From contig JBFLGF010000117.1 of NCBI GenBank assembly GCA_050230475.1, positions 1 through 64,000 of the forward strand: DNA of 64,000 bases, read 5' to 3'. How positions within the stretch are numbered: position 1 is the stretch's first letter; each line of letters starts with the position of its first letter. This document shows, one piece after another, positions 17,523 to 33,500 of this stretch. The notes beneath the pieces are model-generated. The model worked only from the letters and a program-made list of their open reading frames with translations. It did no database searches and was not told where the DNA came from. The DNA comes from Ancylonema sp. Lineage: Eukaryota. Made by a program: the position numbers and the translations under genes.

Positions 17523-19636
17523 TCAAGCACTTGCGTACGATATCTTTCTGATGATGGTTGCACCCTCTCGTAGTTTCTGGATGCTCTCCTCCAAACGGAT
17601 CCTCTCCCTCTGCATATCTCAATTCACTCTCATGTAATCCTCCATTTTTGGGGACACCCGAGCTGCCACACCTGTATCTACCTCCTTGATTAGTGCCTCT
17701 TCTAGCCGATATTTGATCTCTAAGACTATGTCGTCAATCACTCGCTTCTCCACCACTTTCCAATAAGCGCTCATGTCGACTTGGACGTCTACCACTGCTT
17801 GGTCATCATTGCTCACGAGGTCATTGACATCCAACTCCAAGTTGCCTTCGACTTCTAGCGCATAAGACCCTAACGCATTAAAAAAAAGAAACTTGCCATT
17901 TTTGGCAATCTCTTTCTCCTCTTCAATCTTCCCACGTGTATTATTCACATTGTCCATATAGTAATGGTTGTCTGTATATATGAAACTCGCCTCCTTCTTC
18001 ATCCTCCGTGTGATGTATTGCTTGCGGTCTGTCTGAGCGATCTCCATCACGGATGTGGTTATTTGGCGGAAGGACAAGGCCAGATTGGGGTAATTGGAGG
18101 CGTACTCCAGTGCGACTTTACATGCCACCTCTGTTGCGTACTCCCATGCTGTGTCAGCCACTCTTGCGCACACTGTGGAAATCTTTGCCACTTCCGCCTT
18201 CACGAGCTTACGGAATACCCATGCAGGAGTGACATTGCTAAGCGAGACCCCCTTCGCCTCCTCCATTTCGAGTGCACACACTTTGGTGTACTCGGCCGAC
18301 AGAAACTCAGAAGCTGAAGTACGGACCTCCTCCCCAAAGTCTTTGAAGATCTGGTGCAGGCGAGGAGCATAATGCATCTGCATATCCTCCGGGAACTCCT
18401 CATTCTCTCCATGCATGAGGGATTTTCGTGATTGCTTCCGGTCGTTTAGTATGCCCATGAATACTCTCACAGCCCCTCCACCTCCTTCGCAGCCAGGTGG
18501 AAGATCAATCAAATTCGCTTCCCGAGAGGTCAGCTCTGAATCGATGGCAGCCTTGATTTTGGGGATGGCCACCCGAACCCGTTCCGCTAGGAGAGAGGTG
18601 AGGCGTGAACCGAGGGCGGGAATCCCGAGCTGAGAGCGATCCAGCTTACAGAGCTCAGGGTGTTGCGAGAAGAGCTTGTGTTCGACATCACGCGCCTCTC
18701 CGTGAGACATTGAGTCATTGGCCCTGTTTCATACGAGAATCAACCCAAGGCCAATATTCACATCATTTTTCTTGACTCTTTTGTATAGCCCTTCCGGCTT
18801 ACGGTCGGGTTTCGTCACCACGCCAAGAGTTCGGGCACCAGCTTTATCAACAGCTTTGGACAGGGTGATGCTCTCGCACGTGCTGAAGTCGTGCTCAGCA
18901 GAGAGAACATTCAGGATGATCGTCTCCTCGGGTTCGATATACTCTTTTATCATTGCCACAATCTGTTGATGTATGTCTTCCGGCTGCTCCCCTACGGGAA
19001 CCCTGGTTATACCAGGCAAGTCCACCAGAGTGAGATCTGGAAGGTCCGGCCGGCTCACTATCAAAGTGATCGGTCTGCAAACATGGACATGCTTGTAGCA
19101 TTTTAATATACTTGACTGAAGAGCGAAGAGGAACGACGTTAGGAATGCACCGACGGTAATATATGAAGGCCATCTCAACACAAAAAGCCAGGCAAGAGTG
19201 GCCAGCATTTAAGAAGATATGGTAGGAAAATCAAGAAGACAACATTTTTTCACCTATTCTTGACGTCCTTGTCGTGTCCAGCAAGAGCATCCGTAGCACG
19301 GAGCACCGCGTCAGCCACTCCGTCGGGCAGCACGGTGATGACCTTCTGGCCTTCATGCTCAAGTTTGATCGACTCCTCCTCATTGCGTTGCAAACGGAGG
19401 ATAAGTGGCACGCGAGTTACGACATCAGAGCCACGTGGGAGGTCAATGCCCGCTAGGGATTCAAGAACAGACGACTTGCCGAAACTTTGATCGCCGACCA
19501 CCACGATTGTGGGGAGCTTTATCCCCTCACTCGCGATCCCGAGCTTCCTAAGATTGTCAATCCCATCCAGAAGTGGTCGGATTTTCTCGTTGAAGGCATC
19601 GACCAAAGAACCACGAGGTCCCGAGCTAGTAGCCAT
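17523..19636 (-). pseudogene. DRP4: DRP4/Mx-like dynamin copy A, full length with two in-frame TGA stops; exons 19636-19254, 19074-17523
   Basis: G1 GDQSFGKS, G2 TRVP, G3 DLPG, G4 TKPD, stalk and GED (AYWKVVEKRVIDD). TGA at 18729-18731 and 17619-17621; homology to the paralogs continues past both, to a stop at 17523. Confidence 0.88.
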
Positions 19637-20069
19637 GTCAGGAGTAGTAGAGTCGAAGTGCACAGATTTTACACCCTACTCCGTCTGGAAATGTGACACT
19701 ATTTCTGACGCCCTGTGCCGTCCTCAAACAAAACACTGAAATCACAGATTCTGCAGCAATACCGGTAATGCACTTCAAATATTCCAACCCAGAAACTCCC
19801 TGTTTTTGCCCAGCTCAAGCGGAACCAGCGCAATGGCCGCTGGTGCTGAAAAGATTCCTTCCATCCAACGTGGCCAGATCCTTCCATGACGACGATCGAC
19901 CAATCAATTCAAGTCAGTTCGAACCGTCTTCATATTTCCACATGTATCCGCGATGATTCTCGCTGTATTATGGCCCGTAATTAACGGCACGCTCCAGTTC
20001 CCGCGAAGTAACCGTGGAGGTTCGAGCAATATATATAGGTAGCAATGATATCGGTAGAGGCAAAGATTC

Positions 20070-22470
20070 TTGGGACATGACAGACGACAGGCGGAGAGGT
20101 CGGAAATACTAGGCCGTCGGTCCCGAGAAGGAAGATTTGAACGAAGAAAACGGAACCATGCACGACGACGACGCATAAATTTGGCAGAAGAAGTGGAGCC
20201 TGGATTCGAGGGAGAGGACTTGAAGGATTGGCAAGGTACAGTCAGGCATCTTACCATGAAGGAACAGGGTAGAAATCCAGGTTTTAAACAACTTCAATTC
20301 TGAGTACATTTATTCACTATGACTATATCCAATGACCTCAAATGAGGACTTCCATGTTGACACTGGCTTCAATGTGAACAAAATGCACATACTGCACTCC
20401 AGTCGCTGCCTTTTCTCCGTTAGTTTGGAATCGGTATTCTAGCCTGGGGCATGCTTCTACTCCCGCTGGCAGATACTTATTTTTCAACGCAACTCTGGAG
20501 GCTGACAATTCACCCTGCGTGGAAACACTACGAATTTTATCATACATCCAGGGCGCCCCTTTTGTACTTGAACCTCAATTTGTTTGACATTGAGATAAAC
20601 GAGCTCATCAACGTGCTTTCGGGCGTGTCAGATGACTGCGAGGAGATGGAGTGGGAGGCGCACAGCGATTGAATCGAGTAGGACGACGAGCGAGATGTGC
20701 AGGTGAGCATGAGGACTGGATGTCCTTTTACCCTCCACAAAAAAAGTATCTCAATTTGATCCCATGGATCAAATTTGGGTCAAAAATAGCACATCAGAAA
20801 CTGAAGTAACAAAAATATTTGAATGGCAATTAACTTTTATAAAGCCACTCCAATCATATAACCTACAGGCTGTTAGGGAAACGTGCAGTAGGTATTCTCA
20901 TCATAGCCACATTACTTGGTATCCTACAGATCTCCAATTCGCGGTGAAAGAGATCTATCTTTCTTACGAATGGGCTGACAGATGACCGCATACGGTCATA
21001 CAATCTATTGCACGTCCTTACAAATTTTCAAATGTTTAACGTCTGCAAATGAATTGCTGAGAAGCTGAAGCTGAAACAACGACCATCTGACAGTGTTCGC
21101 TGTTTGCTCCCATCTGCTTCCAGTTCGGCGTCTAGGTTCAGGGAGGAGTTACAGCCTGGGGGATCTTACGCCCTGTGGTTGAGTGGGGCCGAGCTGCTCT
21201 TGCCATAGTAGAGAAGCTGGCGGGGTAGGGAGCGTTTGGAGAGGAAGCTCTCGCCATTACTACGCTCGGAGTTGTACCTGGCAGGGGCAAATTTGACTGC
21301 GGTTGGACAAGGAGGAGGAGGGTGGGGGAGCAGTTTGCAGTGTGTAGCGCGTGATAAGAATCCTCGTGAGTTTATTGGTGAGGAACTTGTGTTGTTTGGG
21401 AGGTACGAGGACACTTTCTCAGCAAAGTTTGGTCGCCTGTACCACTACTGTTCTTCCTCTCTCTATTTTGTACAAGACAATGACGTGTCTTGGATAAGAA
21501 CAACTGACGCTGACAGATGGATGGGCTGGCTTGGCTGTAAGGTAATCCTAGATGATGCCCATTGCCACCTCAAGCCTTGAAAGAGCCTTGCAAGCCTAGT
21601 AAGCTAAATGGCCAGCTAGGTTGCCTGCCAGCTATGGATCCGCGAGTGTGGACGACTTTGAATCATTTTCTCGGATCTACAGCCTTCAGCTGGACGAGGC
21701 AGTGACAGCTGGCATTAGGAGGGCAGAAATCACACAGGAGATACTCCCGGATTTTGCCGGCAGATGGAAGCTGATTCTCTGTCACCACTTGCTGTGGCTA
21801 CAGTCTCTCGAAACCCAAGATTCCCGAGTGAGGCGGTTTGCAGTTTGCTGCTGTGCCAGAAAACTCTGAACCCCTGAACTCTGAACGTTTGTTCTGACAG
21901 GGTGGACTCCCGGCACAGCAGTGCTCACTCAACAAACTGAACTTCGGAATGTGGTCTACCGTCCGCGACCTCTCGTTGAACCAGTAGGGGTAGAGAACTT
22001 TATCCCTGAGCAGAGCTTGTCCTTTCGAATGCGGACCTGCCACCACTCGGCTGATATGCACCAGAACGCGAGAGGTGCAGGTGTGTGTATTGGCTCTTCG
22101 AAAATGTGTGGGAAATGTCTTTATTTCATCGAAACTGGTGACAGATTACCCTCTGTCTCCACTCACATGTTCATTCATCTCCAGGGGCAGAATTGGTCTC
22201 GAGGGTTCTGTCATAACTGATCGGATTCTCAACCCTTCTGATGTACTTATAAAGAATGACAGGACTGGGAGAAGGGGGGGGTGGACCAGGAGGAGGTTTT
22301 GAAGCTGCTAGAAGTGGATGACGAGTCGGAACTGGCTAGTGGAAAATGAAGAGTGAAGAAATGTGAGATTCAACTGGGAGGTGGCTGGGAAGTGACAGAG
22401 GAGCACTGGATAGGAGGGTGCAAGCGCTTGTTCAGGACCGTAGAGACTGTTATGGTGTATGATGACAACT
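20070..22470 (+). pseudogene. rimP: Degenerate duplicate of the RimP-like gene
   Basis: Exon homologues: ~20632-20702 (DCEEMEWEAHSD*IE*DDERDVQ), ~21124-21310 (EWGRAALAIVEKL with stops), ~21632-21740 (YGSASVDDFESFSR, donor GT>AT) and ~22180-22470 (PGAE.., LLEVDDESE). Introns are also homologous. Confidence 0.88.
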
Positions 22471-23439
22471 TGTCAGATTATGCGAGGCCAATTTGACGAG
22501 ATGCTTTGATGTGGAGATGTTTGTGTTGAGTATCTACGGCTGTGGAAAAAGAAAAAATGAAGTGAAGACCAAATGTTGTTGACAAGTAGGCAATCTCAAA
22601 CTGAACAACTTTAGGTAATGGCTGGCCACTGAATTAGGTGCTTATAAGTGTATTGATCAGCCAAAGTTGTTGACTCGTCAATCAGCGCCTCCTTTTTGAC
22701 AATTACAAATGCCATCCATCAAGTTGAACACTACTAGTTCAATGTCGAAGGGATGATGTGTGATGGGCGATACAGACAATCATCCCTCTCAGTGTGTTGA
22801 CTTTTTGTCAAATTGTAAAGATCTTCAAGAGAAAACTCATGGATTTCAGACTTCAAGCTTGGCCTCAACTTATGATTGTTCTTCACCATCATTTTGGAAG
22901 TGAAACTAGTATCATATGACAACTCTCACAAATTAAATGTAGAACTCACACTTTTTCATGATGCACCACCTCTATCTAAGATGCTACTCGTAGATTATGG
23001 TTGGTATCCGGTCTACCAACTTCCACCAATACTCAGCGCTACCTCAATCTCACTCACTACACTATCTTAAGTCCTAAAATAAGGTGTACCTTGGAAGATG
23101 AACATTTCCACACAATCTCAGCGCACTCCTTTGAATTATGGACTGCTCTCTTTCGTGTGTTTCGTCACTGCATCAAGTGAAGGAAATGCGAGAGGCTCGC
23201 GAGATTTATCATGATAAATTTGCAACAAAGTTTATAACTTCACGCACGATTTCCAATGACATTTGTCATACCACATGACAAAATATATACCACTTGAAAA
23301 AGCACAATACAACATAAGGTTATCGACAATAGCAATGCGCGACGAGGATACACATTTATTTATTTCATGCTTCTTACAAGTGTGAGATTTAAAGACACCA
23401 AAGAAGAAAGCTCATCAAGAAGTTTGTGACCCGACCTTA

Positions 23440-25984
<2,545 letters not shown>

Positions 25985-27399
25985 CTGGAGGTGTGCAACC
26001 CAAATTCAAAGTGGACTTGCCTTATTTGTCTGACGAACTGCCTGATATCTTCAAAAATTCTATCAATTCCAATATTTCTCCACTCACCAGTCTTAATGAA
26101 ATTGATTTTATTTCATATTGAACGTGCACACTACTCTCCTTTATGTAAAAGCAAAGTATTCAACAAGTGCAAATTCAGAATTCATGTATCAATTCATCAT
26201 GGTCTCCTTGCAGGAAATTATTCTTAAAAAAGATAGTCGAAATTTCAGACTCGAGAGTCTTAGTACAAACCAACGCAAATAATAACTGATGCAACTTCTG
26301 GGATCGACAGCCCCTGACCTCTAAGCATACCCACGTATCATATGTGTCACTATCTCACACCTAGTGTCTTGTAAAGTCGACACGTTATCTGTCAATCCTT
26401 ACACGTGTCCAAAAATCACCAACTGTTTTCAACACGTGTAGCATCTTAAATGAAACACAACACAATTTAAATCACTCAATTCGGACCACGCATGACGCGT
26501 GTCGATCAATTCAAAGTTCCGACGGTTTACCGTCTGTACCCCTAATTTGCACTCAGAACGTAATACTTGTAAAATCCATATCTTTCTAACCACAAATCCA
26601 AATCAACTAATTCTTTCACTCAAATTATCCTTGAGTTATCATCTACAAAATTAACACATCGAAACAACCCAAATTTTACTTACTGTACAGAGTTCTAGTT
26701 TCTCACAGGATTTCAGTACCGCGGGCCGCAGGTATCTGAAGAAAAGTGGATCTCGCTCATGGAATTGAAGCGGTAATTTCGAAGCGGTATGAGTCAGACA
26801 CTGCGTACAAGCAGGACGTCGACTGATAATGACGATACCGGACGTCACCGTAACGTGATGCGGGACGCCACCCGGAGATGCATCCTATGACGAGCCGATC
26901 CGTCGACGACATCGACGCACCTATGCGTGACTTGTGATCTGTCAACTCACTTTTCGGCGGCTTCTACTGCAGATGAGTTGTCTATGAATAAATATAGATT
27001 AGCTGACAGGTTGTTCATGCGCGTTTATTCGGCTATCGCTCGGGTATTGGGAGTAAGCAACGAAAAACGGCTATGCTGACTATGTCTTCATGGGTTTCCG
27101 TTTGTATTCATACAAGTGGTACATCCAATAATTTACATCTGCATCTGTATTCTTCCATGTATTTTCAGTGTCTGTTCGTTTTCGGAGTGTAAACGGAGAC
27201 GCGAGTGACAATTCATTAAAATAGGCACACTAATGGTAAAGTACTGGCCAATACCAATAAAGAGAGAGATTTGAGAACACCGTATTGTGAGTGTACATCG
27301 TTATAAAAAAAAAAAACGTGCACCAGCTTCAGAACCATACATTAATATTTAATTCATTGGTGAATCGTGTCGTACATATCATTTTGGTGAGCTTTCAAT

Positions 27400-29900
27400 A
27401 GTGTCTTGGCACTTGATGTAGTCACCATGATATATGCCGTTTCAATATTATTCGATCGTTGCAAATCTTGCGATGCAAGACATAAGTGTACTCCTAGATA
27501 TCGTTCTTGCATAGATGGACTCACTTACAATACGTGTGTGTTTGAATAGCTTGTGTATTATATTCCATAGCCGTTTCATGCCATATCATGGCATGTCTAG
27601 TTTTAAATATGCCATGCTTATGCTATTGGAATCCACCATGGTGCCACGATCCCAAGTTTGTAATGTAAACTAGAAACTCAATACGATACACAATCACACA
27701 CTCTCACTAAATTATCTTCTCTCGATGCTAGCCCGAGACTACTATGTCAAGTATGCATGCTATTCATGGTGGTTATGCACGATTATTGCCTCAAAAATAT
27801 AATAACCTCCGCGATAACGCTTCCACGCCTCGACGCAATCAAATAACACATAAATGTTGATTTGTCACGATGACTAGATGTCTTTCCCCAACATCCGTAA
27901 TCAAATCACATAACTAAGATGACAAGTTCTAGGAAAATCACCAAAGACTGATATCTCAAGATGTGACCCTCAATTATATCGAAAAATGGTATCAAGATAT
28001 CACATGAATGATCACGGGACACTAAAATTGGGGGTCTCAAACATTGAATTCAACCACACCTGATCAGCATTTAAATACAGGTCTCCATCATAATCAACGT
28101 GATGCGCTTCAGTGAAGCTTGCCCAATCATAAAAAACCCAAGTAATGTTCATAAAGATGAAAGACGACTTTTACCAAATGAATTTTGAACTATGATTGAC
28201 ATGAAAAAACTTCATCATTGCGAAGGTTGATGATTGATCATTTTCCTAGAGAGAGCCAGGAGCGGGACAAAAACTCGAGGTCTCAAAAGTTCACCTCCAC
28301 CAACATAAAATATCGAAAGATTACAAGAAATTATCACAACAATATGGACCCTTTTGTCGGCGTGATCAAGAAAAAACAAAGCCTTGAGACACGACACTCA
28401 CCGACAACCAAAAAAAAAAACGATTTTTAACTTCTATCTCATGGCGCTTTGATGAGGAGTTCCTATCATATTCAAGGAAGACAACTAGGAATAAACTTGA
28501 AACCACTTCTTGTTCCAGTCGACAAATTTAACGAAGCAATGAAACGGTGCAGATTATAACGGAAATAAATAATGATATTTTATACATATTTTTGGATGAT
28601 TGCGTCCGTGGATCTTATATTGGACGCGACTAACCGTAGATCTTAAGATAGCAATCGTATGTATCAACACTATCCCTCGGTTACTATCTATATTACCCCT
28701 CGATAAATGGTGATTGGGCCAATCAAAGTAGCATACATTTATCCCCCGATAAAAAATCCGCTCCGGCGTGGAGCACGACACCTCCATGATCGATGTCTCG
28801 CGGGGAGACATCGATCATCTATGAATAATCATTGCTCCACTCTTTGTGCGATGCAGTTAATCGACATAAATTGTTTCAAGACGTAAATTGAAACAAAAAT
28901 CAGTTTTGTTGATAAAGAGTTGTTCCACACATGTATGTAAATAATGTATATCCACAACATAGTCGTGCTACCATCTTACATTAAATTTCGCAACAATTTA
29001 TCGACGCCTCACTACAAGAAGGATTCAAGTAAAATCGCCATTGATATATTTCACTCAAGTGATATGTCGATTCCTGTTCAGCCATATGAGGTACTTATGC
29101 CGATTGGTATGAAGACCCTCACTAATATTGCACCTCATCCTAGCGATTTTTTTAGTCTTTGTCTCTTCAAATACGTATAATATTTTCGCGATTGCGGTGT
29201 GCTTTGATATCTTCGTGCCGCGTTATGATATTCTTGAAGAAAAGTCACAAACGTCAAAGTAGGAAATACGAGTTTGTTTTACATCGTGGACAAATTCAAA
29301 TGTAACCCATATGCATAGATGCCTTCTTGAACAAGTGAGAATTTAATTTCTGGATCCCTTCCACTATACTATTTTCCGTCGTGTTTTTTTTTTGTTTGTT
29401 TTGTTTGTTTTTTTTTTCCATTTTTTTTCCCACTAAAAGAACTGTGAAGGCCGATTTTTTTATGTTTTCTAGTTTTTGTATCTTGGTTTGCATTGAAAGC
29501 AATAAATTTTCAAAGCTATTACAACCGCGATTGCGACATGTCCACAAATTTTTGTTCCATGAATCTAGTGTGATGACGCAATTTCGCTTCGATAAACGAT
29601 ATTGTTTGATCACGCGTCGACAACGCGTCATAGAAAGAGCCAATGCCGCCTTGATGCCTTTCCATGATCATTGAGTTGCATGTTAAATTATTTATATGAT
29701 TATCTCCATGCACCTGTGATGTTGTAGATCTGCTCGGAAACTCCGTGTTGTCGACTTTTTCTTCTTACATCGTATCACTTGCAACCTTTTTTTTATTTCA
29801 AAGTCCCAAGTAAACAAATTTAAGTAAACCATGCTATTTGTAGCTTGATTTGTATTATCATTTCTCGCGAAAAATGTTAATAATAAGTTTGGCATGTTTT
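27400..29900 (-). pseudogene. Highly degenerate coding remnant, possibly a transposon-borne Tet-like 2OG-Fe(II) oxygenase
   Basis: Minus-strand pieces FTEAHHVDYDGDLY..QVW (~28050-28130) and ITNLGSWHHGGFQ*HKHGIF..IWHETAMEY (~27560-27670). Many stops; identification by eye only. Confidence 0.25.
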
Positions 29901-29937
29901 TTAACAATAAGAAATGTTCTCTAGGATTGGCTTTCAT

Positions 29938-30965
29938 CGGGGTTGCACAATGCGCACAATACGCTGAGTTATCATACGCTAAATACGCGTATTGTTCTCC
30001 TAGCGTATACTAGAGTACACTGAAAAATACACTAAATTTTGACCTTGTATTTTTTTTTATAAGATATTGCTGTACGAAAATTATGGCGGAGGCAAACAAC
30101 ATTGTGAGGTCTACATTGTTTGAAAGTGAAATAGTGAAAGTGAAAGTGAAATTTATTCGATACTGCATCGCACGGCGAAGATGATCTACAACGTCGCTGG
30201 TAATCCTCATCCGACCGTCCAAGTTTATGATGCATTTGTGGCGGGAAGGACGGGACTTGTTACTCCATTTATTAGGATTTGCAAGATCATCGGACTCGGC
30301 CGTAATGAGTACTAATCATGATGCATGTTCTCAATAATAGTATTTTAAGGAGGGTACTACAAGGCATTTTATTTTATTTTTTAAGACTTGGTCGAGTGAT
30401 ATGCTTCGGAAGTGTTTACGAAAAACAAGCGGTAGACAATGGAGTAGGATTCATGTAATTATTATCGTAAATTGTTGTTATTTGGATTTTAGTCTTGCAT
30501 TTGTTGTTGGTTTCTAGCATTACACTTTTTTTATTACCAAACTCAAGTAAGAACGGAAGCCACGATCGAGCCTTTTTTGGAACTGGTTGTAAATTGAAAT
30601 GGAGTAAAGATTGATGAAACGAGTGTAAATGTAATCGGTTAAAGAGAAGAAGAGAAGAGTGGGTCCATCAACAATTGCCCCATTATCGCACTAGCAAAAT
30701 GATTAAACAATTGTACACCTGTGGTAAGAGATGCGCGTGTCATGTATATCATGGATAAATGCCTCCTTTGATGGCCAATTTTATTTAAGATAGCCACCCG
30801 ATGTTATCATGCGATTTCTGGATATGAGTGGGGTCTAAACCGTGGAAAAATCGCATATTTATCGTCAATACGCGTATTTTCAAATCACGAAAATTTTCAA
30901 TACGTGAAATACGGCGTATTGTGACCCAAACGTATTGATATCGTATTGCGTATCGTGTAACCTTG
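29938..30965. mobile_element. Old hAT-type non-autonomous element
   Basis: Degenerate TIRs CGGGGTTGCACAATGCGCACAATACG / CGTATTGCGTATCGTGTAACCTTG; flanks GCTTTCAT / ACTGTCAT (6/8). Confidence 0.6.
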
Positions 30966-31511
30966 ACTGTCATTGTGTCTAATTTACATCCTTCATTCAT
31001 GTGATGGAGGGAGGTGGATGATACTTCATAACTTACTTCTGAATCATTAGAGCAATGTTTCAAATATATTTAGTCATTAATAACTCAAATAACATACGCG
31101 AGGACATTTAGATGTCAAAGGGAAATTGCAGAGTACGGGTCTAGAATAATATGACAACAGATGCTGCACACAGTTTATGTGATAATGGTTCATTGAATTC
31201 TAACTATGTTTGCGTGCTTGGAAATACCATCGAGCACAACGAGGCGCTTGTTTTCGACATATTTTCGGCGTATATTCGACACTTTATTTCGCATGTTTTC
31301 GGGGTATTTTCGGCTTCATGCCCACATTGACAAGGCTGGTATGGCCAACATCAAATCATTATTTGCATAGTATGATGCGCATGTAGGGCGATGTTTCCAA
31401 GTACAACTATTCAAATTATGTACAATGGTATATGATCATGGTGTCCAAGCCATAGGAAGGCAAGTTATTCTATCGCATCAAAAATCGGCCAAAACTTCTC
31501 ACATCGTGTTA

Positions 31512-33490
31512 TCATGATGTAGTACACAACAATTCCGCGGACTTGATAATGGCGTCAGCATGCTTGAAATTCTGGATGCTCCCTTGCAAATGAACGCGGT
31601 GGCTGTTGATTTCTGGTCGGTCCCTCATATGGTACTCAATTGATGTGCCTACTGCACTTGTCATTGTCGCATCCACCTCCTCAAGCAGGGCCGCTTGAAG
31701 CCGAAATCGGGTTTCCAAGAGCACATCCTCCATCACTCGTCTTTGTACTATATCCCAGTATGCATGCATGTCCATTTGCATGTCCGTCACCGTATGGTCA
31801 TCGACATTGACAAGGGTGTAAGATGCGAGCTGTAATGCATCACTTGGTGTCGATTCTTTGCACGTATGCGCGACCTTAACTCCCTTCCACTCCCGAAGCT
31901 TTGAATGCGTTTCATTGACGACCACCATGTAGTCGTGAGTATGAGTGAACACAAGGCTCGCCTCCTTCTCCAACCGCCTTGCGATGTACTCCTTGCTCTC
32001 CCTCTTTGCACTCTCCATCACCCTTGCAATAACGTGGCTGAGTGTAGATGCCAAGTTTGGATAGCATCCGGCCTTGGCCAGGGTGAGAGTGGATGCCACC
32101 TTGGTCGACTCAAACGCCTTGTCTACCACACGCGAGCATATGGGGGCGATCTTTGCTACTTCCGCTTTGACGAGATGAAGACGCACCCTCGGAAGAGAAG
32201 CTTTGCTTAACGAAACCCCTTTTGCCTCCTCCGTCTCCACGACACACAGTGCCTTGTACTCGTTTGAGAAGAAGTCTGAGGACGCCACCCGGACCCCTTC
32301 CTCAAAGTTCTCAAAGATCTGGTGTAGACGAGGAGCATAGTGCATCTCCATATTGTCACGAAACTCCTCATTGTCTCCTTGTATGAGCAACCTCATTGAC
32401 TCCTCCCGCTTTTCCATCACGTTGATAAACCATTCCATAGCCATGACGGGTCCATCCCACACACGTGGCAACGCGGCCAAAGATGCTTCTCGCATCCTCA
32501 AGTTGACGTTGATGTCGGCTTCTATGTTTGAGATCGCGCACAACACCCGTTTCATGAGTAGTTCGACGATCCTAGCACTAAGCGAGGAGATCCCGAGCCG
32601 TGAGAGGGGAAGCTGACTCAAAGAATGCTTAGAGAAGAGCTCACGTTCATCATCACGTTCTCTCTCTAGCGATCTCCAGCGCTGCCCGTAGTATCCTCGC
32701 GAGAGACTATGTACCTTGGTGCTCACAAGTACATACCCCAAGCCAATTGGAACTCCATTTTTTGTGAGTTTCTCGAACAAATCCTCGGGCGCAAGATCCG
32801 CTTTTGTCACCACTATTAAAGTTCGGACGCCAGTATTGTCCGCTTGTTGGGACATGGCGATGCTTTTGCTCGTTGAGAAATCAACCTCTGCCGATATCAC
32901 ATTGAGAATGATGCTTTCAATGGGCTCGATATATTGCTTGATCATGGCCCGGATTTGGTCGTTCATGTATTCCTGCTGATCCTCGATGGGTACCTTGGGT
33001 ATTCCCGGCAAGTCCATGAGAGTGAGATCTATAAGATCCGGGTGGCTCACAGTAAGCGTGATGGGACTGCAAGAGCAAAACAATAAGATTTTATTGTCTT
33101 TGCATGTTTCACATGTTAGCATTGATTGATCAATATCAATTCATGCAACGTCTCCAGCCAAAACAAAACCAAAAGAAACGAAAGACAATAGATTCTTTAG
33201 CAAAAAGTGAGACACAATGAAGCCGTGAATAAGAAAGTAACTAACATCAAGTGTGTTGTCACCTATTCACGACGCCCTTCCCTGTGCCGGCAAGGACGTT
33301 TGTTACACGGTCCACCTCGTCAGCCATGTGTGACATTGTTATGGAGATGGCCTCTTGACCCTCATGCTGAAGCATGACACTATTTTCCTCCGCTCGTTGC
33401 AAACATAGTGTAATTGGCACTAATCTCGTAATCCTTGTGACCCATTAGTGCGTCCACGACGCAAGACTTGCCATGGCCTTCATCGCCATG
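31512..33490 (-). pseudogene. DRP4: Divergent DRP4/Mx-like dynamin copy C, 5' end removed; exon pieces 33490-33263, 33066-31512
   Basis: Begins at GDEGHGKS, with a frameshift/deletion at ~33430-33445. Exon 2 is open (DLPG, TKAD, stalk, GED). Its N-terminus appears at 44901-45043(+). Confidence 0.85.
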
Positions 33491-33500
33491 CGATAATCGA

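Noticed and set aside
28085..28110. VDYDGD resembling the RNA polymerase NADFDGD motif
   Set aside because: No flanking double-psi beta-barrel similarity visible.
28215..28397. VHIVVI..YVGGGELL resembling a kinase subdomain V
   Set aside because: No other kinase motifs (HRD, DFG, APE) nearby.
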